DNA from: Candidatus Heimdallarchaeota archaeon | Lineage (GTDB): Archaea > Asgardarchaeota > Heimdallarchaeia > JABLTI01 | Length of the DNA stretch: 32,000 bases | NCBI GenBank assembly: GCA_030614005.1 | Contig: JAUWKS010000016.1 | Location: 1-32,000 of the forward strand | Reading direction: 5' to 3' | Shown here: in pieces, positions 25,892 to 32,000 of the stretch | How the letters are laid out: each line of letters begins with the position of its first letter | Position numbering within the stretch: position 1 is the first letter of the stretch | Notes under the pieces: generated by a model | What the model saw: the letters and a program-made list of their open reading frames with translations, nothing else | Database searches by the model: none | What the model was told of the DNA's origin: nothing | Made by a program: the position numbers and the translations under genes

Positions 25892-26503
25892 ATGGCAGAA
25901 GTAAGATTAACAACTCCAATATCGGAAGAAGAAATTCGAAAACTCAAAGCTGGAGATACACTATACCTCAGCGGAAAAATGTTCCTAGCAAGAGACGAAG
26001 CACACCTTAGAGCAATTGAAATGTTCGATGAAGGAAAAGAGCTTCCTTTTGATTTCAAAGGATTAGCTGTTTTTCATTGTGGGCCTATTGTAAAACAAGA
26101 TGACACTGGTCAATGGCACGTTGTTGCTGCTGGACCAACAACTTCATCTAGAATGGAAATTTTCCAAGACGAATTCATAGAAAGGTTCAGAGTAAGTGTT
26201 GTTATTGGCAAAGGTGGTATGTTTGAACGTACTACTGCAGCAATGAAAAAATATGGTTGTGTTTATGCTGCATTTACTGGTGGAGCAGCTGTTCTCGCTG
26301 CAGATGGAATCAAAAAAGTGGAAGGTGTCGAATGGTTAGATTTAGGCACTCCTGAAGCTTTGTGGATTTTCGAAGCAGACAATTTCGGTCCTTTAACAAT
26401 AGCAATTGATAGCCATGGTAATAATTTATTCAAAGATATTGCTGATATAGCCGAAAAGAATAGACCAAAAGCTTACGAAATTATTGGTGCTTCAAAAGAG
26501 TAA
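25892..26503 (+). CDS. Class I fumarate hydratase / tartrate dehydratase beta subunit
   Basis: ARDEAH, HCGP, AGPTTSSRM, IGKGGM and AIDSHGNN. ATG at 25892 follows GAGG, which overlaps the alpha-subunit stop. Confidence 0.92.
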   Translation: MAEVRLTTPISEEEIRKLKAGDTLYLSGKMFLARDEAHLRAIEMFDEGKELPFDFKGLAVFHCGPIVKQDDTGQWHVVAAGPTTSSRMEIFQDEFIERFRVSVVIGKGGMFERTTAAMKKYGCVYAAFTGGAAVLAADGIKKVEGVEWLDLGTPEALWIFEADNFGPLTIAIDSHGNNLFKDIADIAEKNRPKAYEIIGASKE

Positions 26504-26534
26504 TTATTTTCTTTTGAACAACCATTTTTTCTTT

Positions 26535-27080
26535 TTATTTCATTTCTTTAGAATAATAGACCCAAAAATAATCATTTTTCTTAACTTTCTCCCCTTCTTT
26601 AAAACCCAATTTTAAAGCAAGTTTTTTCATTCCAAAATTATCTATTCGTGTACATAATTTCGCTTGCTTGAATTTTAGTTCGTATCCTCTTTTCAAAATG
26701 TATTTCATTAAATCCTTCCCAATCCCTTTGCGTTGAAACCCCTCAGCTACAGTTACCCCTATATCAAAATCGCCTTCCTCTAAATCCTCATCTTCTTGCC
26801 AATCACCAAAAAGAGTAACCATTCCAACAATACCACTAGGATTCTCTCTAAGTCGCTTCCAAGGAAATACTTTGCGAATAAATCTCCTTTCCTCTTCAGC
26901 CATCTCCTCCTTTGATAAAACTGCTACATAAACTTCCCATAATCCCATAACCAAATTGTTAATCCAATCCTCAACTAGCTCTTCAGTATCGCTCATCATA
27001 CCTACCAACTGCTTATCTATAGGGTCAATGAGATCATACAACCCTTGCCAATCATCGGGATGAAGGAGACGAATTACCAT
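26535..27080 (-). CDS. GNAT-family N-acetyltransferase
   Basis: IGVTVAEGFQRKGIGKDLM and N.GM.KLA.KLGF. Confidence 0.85.
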   Translation of the reverse strand: MVIRLLHPDDWQGLYDLIDPIDKQLVGMMSDTEELVEDWINNLVMGLWEVYVAVLSKEEMAEEERRFIRKVFPWKRLRENPSGIVGMVTLFGDWQEDEDLEEGDFDIGVTVAEGFQRKGIGKDLMKYILKRGYELKFKQAKLCTRIDNFGMKKLALKLGFKEGEKVKKNDYFWVYYSKEMK

Positions 27081-27192
27081 TTAGTATTCACGAGTAAATA
27101 TGTGCTTATTTGATATTTAAAAAAGTAATTCTGATGAGGATAAAACCTCTAAATTACCTTATAGCACCAAAACTTTTTGAGGGGCAAACCAT

Positions 27193-28212
27193 ATGCAAAA
27201 TAACATGGCAGATTTGAACCTTCTTTGGGCAATTATAGCTCAGCTATGTGCTACTTCTCTGAATTTTATGGGTATGACCATTCAGAAGAAGGCAGCAAAT
27301 GACCTACCAAAAATCGGTCTTGAAGCGGGTTTAATTAAATCGGCGAAAAATTTCCTAAGCAATAAGGAATGGATATTTGGTTTTGGATTAAATTACGCAA
27401 GTGTTTTATTAAATTCTGTAGCTTTAGCATTGGCAGCAATATCCATTATCCAACCACTTTACGGATTCGGATTAATTGTATTAGTAATATTCTCACACTT
27501 TTACTTAAAAGAGAAAATAACTCGAATTGATATTATAGGTGTTTTAATTGGTATTGTTGGAATAATTGTCATTGGACTTACAGCTGTGCAACCTGAAACA
27601 CTATCGTACACAGATTTATTGGTAAAATTCTTTGATTTCCGCGGAATAATTTTTCTAAGTGTGTTCCTTGGTTTAGCGATTATTTTATACTTAATTAGTG
27701 AAAAAATAACTAAAAATTTTTCAGTTATTTTCTTAACTATATCCTCCTCTATTTGGACTGCAACTTCTTTTCTTTTTTATAAAGCAATAGCTTCAGCAGT
27801 TAGAGATCTAGGAATTATCGCAGCATTTTTCGGGGAAGGTTGGCTTTATACTTGGTCTTTCATTGGATTAATCGCACTTGTAAGTTCGATTGGTCTAGTA
27901 ATGTTGAATATTGCTTATCAAAATGGTCAATGTGTTATTGTTGTTCCTATTTGGTCTTCTCTTCAAGTTGTATTACCAATTCTTGCAGGTATTATCATAT
28001 TCACGGAATGGATAAATTTCTCAACAAACACCATTATTTGGCAAACAATTGGTATAATTGTGATGTTAGTTTCGTTAATTATCCTATCAATTAGCAATGG
28101 AAAAAAGGAAGACACTTGCGCCTTATTACAAAAAAATAGCAAGAATATAGATGAATCAATTGAATCAGCAACACCAAATCCAATTTTAGAAGAATCATTA
28201 GACCAAAATTGA
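27193..28212 (+). CDS. DMT-superfamily membrane transporter, NIPA (Mg2+ transporter)-like
   Basis: About nine TM helices; GMTIQKK, W..G, ALA.A.IS.IQPL and YLKEKI follow the NIPA/DMT pattern; acidic C-terminal tail. Confidence 0.75.
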   Translation: MQNNMADLNLLWAIIAQLCATSLNFMGMTIQKKAANDLPKIGLEAGLIKSAKNFLSNKEWIFGFGLNYASVLLNSVALALAAISIIQPLYGFGLIVLVIFSHFYLKEKITRIDIIGVLIGIVGIIVIGLTAVQPETLSYTDLLVKFFDFRGIIFLSVFLGLAIILYLISEKITKNFSVIFLTISSSIWTATSFLFYKAIASAVRDLGIIAAFFGEGWLYTWSFIGLIALVSSIGLVMLNIAYQNGQCVIVVPIWSSLQVVLPILAGIIIFTEWINFSTNTIIWQTIGIIVMLVSLIILSISNGKKEDTCALLQKNSKNIDESIESATPNPILEESLDQN

Positions 28213-28292
28213 ATATCAGTTGTTAATAACAAATAGCAAATATTAAATGGTCTAATGGGTAATTATTGTTACTAATACAAATGTGATGTAGC

Positions 28293-29162
28293 ATGGAAAA
28301 AGGATCACTTCGTTGGGCTTCAAGTGATGGAGCCTTTTTGTTTCAAGTGCCATATGAGGAAACAATGTTTTCTCTTGAAACAAGCATCCTCTTATCAAGT
28401 TGCCTCTATGCTATCTCAATTTTCTTGGAAAAAGGCGATCTCTCTTTTGGAGGTGAGAGACTTTCAATTATCCGATTGAATTTTCATCCACCTATACCAG
28501 AGGATGGAGAAGAATCTTCTGATGAGGAAAATGAAGAAGGATATGTTATTCATAGCACATACAAAAGTGGTTTTGGTTTTCAAAGTATATTTCATACAAG
28601 TGAAATTACCAATGAGCTTAGTGAATTTGAGAAAGCTTTTCTGGAATCAGTAGTAAATCATGTTCTGGATACTTTAGATAAAGCAGGATTTCATGTTTCA
28701 GATATTCCCTTCTTGCAAGATAATGTGGTAATTAATGACGTTGAACAAATGCTTCAAGAAATTGATACAAAATATAAATCTCTTGCAGCAAGTTGGGCGC
28801 TTGCAGCCGACTCTAATTGTGAAGATAATCGTTATGATTTTTCTAATGTATATTATCATGGTAAAATTAATGTGAAAGATCTTTTCTATGATTTGGCTGA
28901 GCATGCTGATGAATCAATAGATGAGCTATTACTGAGCAAAGAAGGTAAAATGACTCTCTTCAGAATTGCTAAGAGTTTAGTCGGGCTATCAGGTCTTTTG
29001 TATAGCGATGATAATTCTGAAAAGATTAGTGATGAAGAGCTTAATTTTGCTCATTCTGAAATTATTTTGGAAACTTCTCAAAGTAAGAGATTGTTCAGGT
29101 TAGATGTTCGAGCTTATAACATTGTCGAAGAGCAATATTGTGATATTACTATTATGGGTTAA
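28293..29162 (+). CDS. Acidic hypothetical protein, possible longin-like N-terminal domain
   Basis: The apparent secondary-structure order is beta-beta, then helix ILLSSCLYAISIFLEK, then three beta strands and helices. Confidence 0.6.
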   Translation: MEKGSLRWASSDGAFLFQVPYEETMFSLETSILLSSCLYAISIFLEKGDLSFGGERLSIIRLNFHPPIPEDGEESSDEENEEGYVIHSTYKSGFGFQSIFHTSEITNELSEFEKAFLESVVNHVLDTLDKAGFHVSDIPFLQDNVVINDVEQMLQEIDTKYKSLAASWALAADSNCEDNRYDFSNVYYHGKINVKDLFYDLAEHADESIDELLLSKEGKMTLFRIAKSLVGLSGLLYSDDNSEKISDEELNFAHSEIILETSQSKRLFRLDVRAYNIVEEQYCDITIMG

Positions 29163-29182
29163 TTCATTGCCTATTTTTTCTG

Positions 29183-30085
29183 TCATGACCGCATATAATC
29201 GAACAGATACAATTGAGCTAAACCGGCCCATTTCCCATACCTGCTAACCATCTTTTCTCTGCATTCTTCAAGAGATTTTTCTTTTCCTCTGAAAAACATT
29301 TTACTAATCCCTCTTTGAATCCAGATATCTGTTGGTGGAGCATCTATTTTACCCAACCCATAAAGAAGAAACATATCAGCAACTTTTGGACCTATTCCAC
29401 GGAGTTTTATGAGCATTTTCTTACTCTCATCAGTAGGAATATCATAGAATTTTTCAAGCCTTACTTGATAATTAGCTATTTCTTCAGTTGTAGTAATTAT
29501 ATAATCTTCACGATACCCCAGACGAGCTTCTTTTAAGAGGTGCTTATTTCGATACAACGTTTTTGGGTTAGGAAAAGAATACACCATAAAATGATCTGTA
29601 GGAAACTTTTCTCCTGCTAATTCTTTTATTTTCCTAATTTGGGCATTGAATTTCCAGACAGAGTTATTTTGAGTCATAATTGAACAAATGAGGCTCTCGA
29701 ATAAATCATGTGCTCGAGTTAAACGTAATCCTTGCCTATCTTTAAACGCTTTAGCCAGAGGATCACTCTTGAATTCTTCGTAGAACTGTAGTAAATTCAT
29801 ATCTAAACCAAAGATAGTTCGAAGATACTTTTTCATAACTTTTACATCATTCTCACTTAAAGATCCATATGGATCTGAAAGCTCAGCTTGTACTTTTGTT
29901 TTCTTCTGTCCTATTCGGCAAACAATCGTCTTATTTGTTCCTGGAACTTTTATCACAAGATAGTATTTCTCTAATTTATCGCTCACAGGAATCGGAAATG
30001 AACTATGTCCTGATTCCATTGTTCTCTTTAGATCAATTGGTCCTTTTGTAGGTAAATTAAGAGGAATCCATTCACTCATTGCCAT
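29183..30085 (-). CDS. HhH-GPD DNA glycosylase, Ogg1-like (8-oxoguanine glycosylase/lyase)
   Basis: FESLICSIMTQN, LGYR, HhH motif LRGIGPKVAD with the catalytic-position Lys, and PTDIWI with the catalytic Asp. Confidence 0.85.
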   Translation of the reverse strand: MAMSEWIPLNLPTKGPIDLKRTMESGHSSFPIPVSDKLEKYYLVIKVPGTNKTIVCRIGQKKTKVQAELSDPYGSLSENDVKVMKKYLRTIFGLDMNLLQFYEEFKSDPLAKAFKDRQGLRLTRAHDLFESLICSIMTQNNSVWKFNAQIRKIKELAGEKFPTDHFMVYSFPNPKTLYRNKHLLKEARLGYREDYIITTTEEIANYQVRLEKFYDIPTDESKKMLIKLRGIGPKVADMFLLYGLGKIDAPPTDIWIQRGISKMFFRGKEKSLEECREKMVSRYGKWAGLAQLYLFDYMRS

Positions 30086-30178
30086 TTGTATTTAACCTTC
30101 TAAGCTCTTATCTCAACAGAGATTTATTCTGCCAAAAAAATCTTTTGTCCCGTTATCAAAATGAATTTTAACTTTGAA

Positions 30179-31225
30179 TTATTGACGAGAACTTGATATT
30201 GCGTTGCGAACTTTTTCTTCATATTTGAAGAAGGCTTCTTGTATTTTTCCAAGGAATTCGCCACTTTCTTTGAACTTCTCAGAGGAGTAATCCCTGGCAC
30301 TTACAGCAAAAGCCATCATTCTTGTTGCTGTATAAACTTCATAAAAGAATATCCTATTTCCAATGTCAGGTAATTTAACCTTTGAATAATAGGTATTGTA
30401 AAAATGGTGTCTGTAACTATCCAGCTCAGGATATAATGAGAAAAAGAACAAGGTCCATCCAGCATCTAAAGCAGGGTCGCCTAAACGTGAATATTCCCAA
30501 TCAATCAAGCCGGTTACTTTTGCGCCTTTGACCATAATATTTCTCGGTTGTGGATCACCATGAAGAAGAGAGAATCTATCCAATTTGAGTTGCTTCTTGA
30601 AAGACATAAACCATTTACCAAGCGGATCGACATAATATCCTGCCTTCCTTAAGAAATTCAGAGAGCGATTAATATCATTCAAAATATATTTATCGTAAGG
30701 AATTTCTTCTTTAATGATTCCTTTTGGTGTTTCCATACCGTAATTCTTGAAACGGTAATTATGTAGATTAACCAGATATTGCACAAATCCCGTTATTACT
30801 TTTTCAAAATCTGCTGGGGTGTATGTTTTGATAGCTTGCTCAAGTGTTACACCGGGAATTCGTTCAATGATTGAAAATGGATAACCCAATATTTTTGAGT
30901 CTACTTCTAAGATATAGGGTTTGGGAACGGGTATTGGTGCTCCTTGTAATCGACCCAATTTATTAAATTCTCTTTGAGGTTTTAATGAATCATGTTTTTC
31001 AGGGTAAATTCTTAGTACTACACTCTTTCTTATTTCTTGTCCCGAAAGAATAAACTTGATCTCAAAGAAAAATACTTTATTTGACATTCCAGTTTGAATT
31101 CGTTCAGGGGTATCTATGGAAATTAATTGTGAATTCTTTGGAATAAGTAACCATATCTTACCTGACTCTATAAGGTAATTCTTTAATCTTTGTTGGATTT
31201 CAACGACAGGTAATAATGGTTTCAT
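30179..31225 (-). CDS. Aminoglycoside phosphotransferase / choline kinase-like (APH) family protein
   Basis: VLRIYP, PVPKPY, IERIPG, HGDPQPRNIM (Brenner motif) and IDWEYSRLGDPALD. The ATG at 31225 has GAGG upstream. Confidence 0.85.
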   Translation of the reverse strand: MKPLLPVVEIQQRLKNYLIESGKIWLLIPKNSQLISIDTPERIQTGMSNKVFFFEIKFILSGQEIRKSVVLRIYPEKHDSLKPQREFNKLGRLQGAPIPVPKPYILEVDSKILGYPFSIIERIPGVTLEQAIKTYTPADFEKVITGFVQYLVNLHNYRFKNYGMETPKGIIKEEIPYDKYILNDINRSLNFLRKAGYYVDPLGKWFMSFKKQLKLDRFSLLHGDPQPRNIMVKGAKVTGLIDWEYSRLGDPALDAGWTLFFFSLYPELDSYRHHFYNTYYSKVKLPDIGNRIFFYEVYTATRMMAFAVSARDYSSEKFKESGEFLGKIQEAFFKYEEKVRNAISSSRQ

Positions 31226-31352
31226 AATCCTCGTTTTCCTGAGTAATATCTTTTGTAAATTGTCAATAAACAAATTTTGATTTGCAGAATAATTCTTCTT
31301 CTTACATTTATTTTATACTTGTTATTTGAAGTTTAGGGTGAGTGAAAAAACT

Positions 31353-32000
31353 CTAAAGAGCATCAAATAACTTGAAAATAACATTAGCAGCTGTTTTTGA
31401 AGTAATATTATTAACATCTAATTGAGGGTTAACTTCTACGACTTCTAAACAACGAATTTTTTTAGCTAGTTTAGTAGTAATTTCAAAAAGCTCTCGTGTA
31501 GATATCCCACCAGGTTCAGGTACACTAACTCCCGGGGCAAAGGCAGGATCAAGAACATCAATATCTAAAGAAACATAGAGGTTTTTATGCTTCCCCAAAA
31601 TTTCTTCAATGAAATTATTCCTTTTTGAATCATCTTTGACATCTGAGGCAGAGAGTATTTTCATCTTATTTTGTTTTACAAACTCGACTTCTTCCCAACC
31701 AAGGTTATGCCCGTGAGGACCTATGAAATAAACGTTTTCAGGTAGTATTAATTTCTGATCTATAATTCTTTTTAACACTGTCGCTCGAGAATGCTTATTT
31801 CCTTTCGGAAACTCATTCATCAAATCAAGATGAGCATCTATCCAAACAATTGCATCTAATTTTTGATTACTAATAGCAAATCCCTTTGTAGTTCCTAAGG
31901 CAATTGAATGATCTCCACCCAAAATTATTGGTATTGCTTTTTTATTAATTATAGTTTTAACTCGAGTAGAGAGTTGGTTTTGCATTTCAGCATAAGTAAG
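31353..32000 (-). CDS. Ureohydrolase (agmatinase/arginase family), 5' end outside window
   Basis: GGDHSI, DAHLD, SLDIDVLDP, PEPGG and VEVNP. The frame stays open to the window edge (LTYAE before the M at 31985). Confidence 0.9.
   Translation of the reverse strand, partial: LTYAEMQNQLSTRVKTIINKKAIPIILGGDHSIALGTTKGFAISNQKLDAIVWIDAHLDLMNEFPKGNKHSRATVLKRIIDQKLILPENVYFIGPHGHNLGWEEVEFVKQNKMKILSASDVKDDSKRNNFIEEILGKHKNLYVSLDIDVLDPAFAPGVSVPEPGGISTRELFEITTKLAKKIRCLEVVEVNPQLDVNNITSKTAANVIFKLFDAL

Noticed and set aside
366-29536. Numerous short overlapping or antisense ORFs in the track (e.g. 366-548, 552-746, 1581-1829, 3044-3247, 4342-4548, 6278-6610, 6947-7258, 13246-13572, 16104-16397, 17273-17584, 21295-21648, 29315-29536)
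   Set aside because: They are shadows of longer, motif-supported genes in another frame or strand and have no recognisable motifs.

Overview
This AT-rich (roughly one-third GC), gene-dense window is archaeal: it encodes TiaS, an HMf-type histone, an archaeal-type SHMT and a class III signal-peptide protein. An Arf-family GTPase and a possible longin-fold protein point to an Asgard archaeon (inference; lineage not resolvable by eye). Most genes are housekeeping or metabolic: sfsA, class II aldolase, glmS, GT3 glycogen synthase, glyA, tiaS, a GcvH-like protein, a two-subunit class I fumarase, an Ogg1-like glycosylase, an APH-like kinase and an agmatinase-family enzyme. I found no transposase, integrase, CRISPR array, tRNA or rRNA. 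Five things stand out. (1) A ~360-nt intergenic element at 14640-15001, divergent from glmS, with a ~49% GC 3' half, many predicted helices, a loop-mediated pseudoknot and an oligo-T end; it looks like a real structured ncRNA that I cannot assign to a known family. (2) A PLP enzyme with serine-palmitoyltransferase-like motifs. (3) A 933-aa pilin-signal protein built from nine ~84-aa units with a conserved N-glycosylation sequon. (4) An out-of-frame junction, not listed in the ORF track, between the 5' end of a Nudix gene and a 5'-truncated fumC. (5) An Arf-like GTPase with an extra Cys/His-rich domain and a histone with substituted DNA-binding and stacking residues. All family calls come from motif recognition by eye; no searches or folding programs were run.
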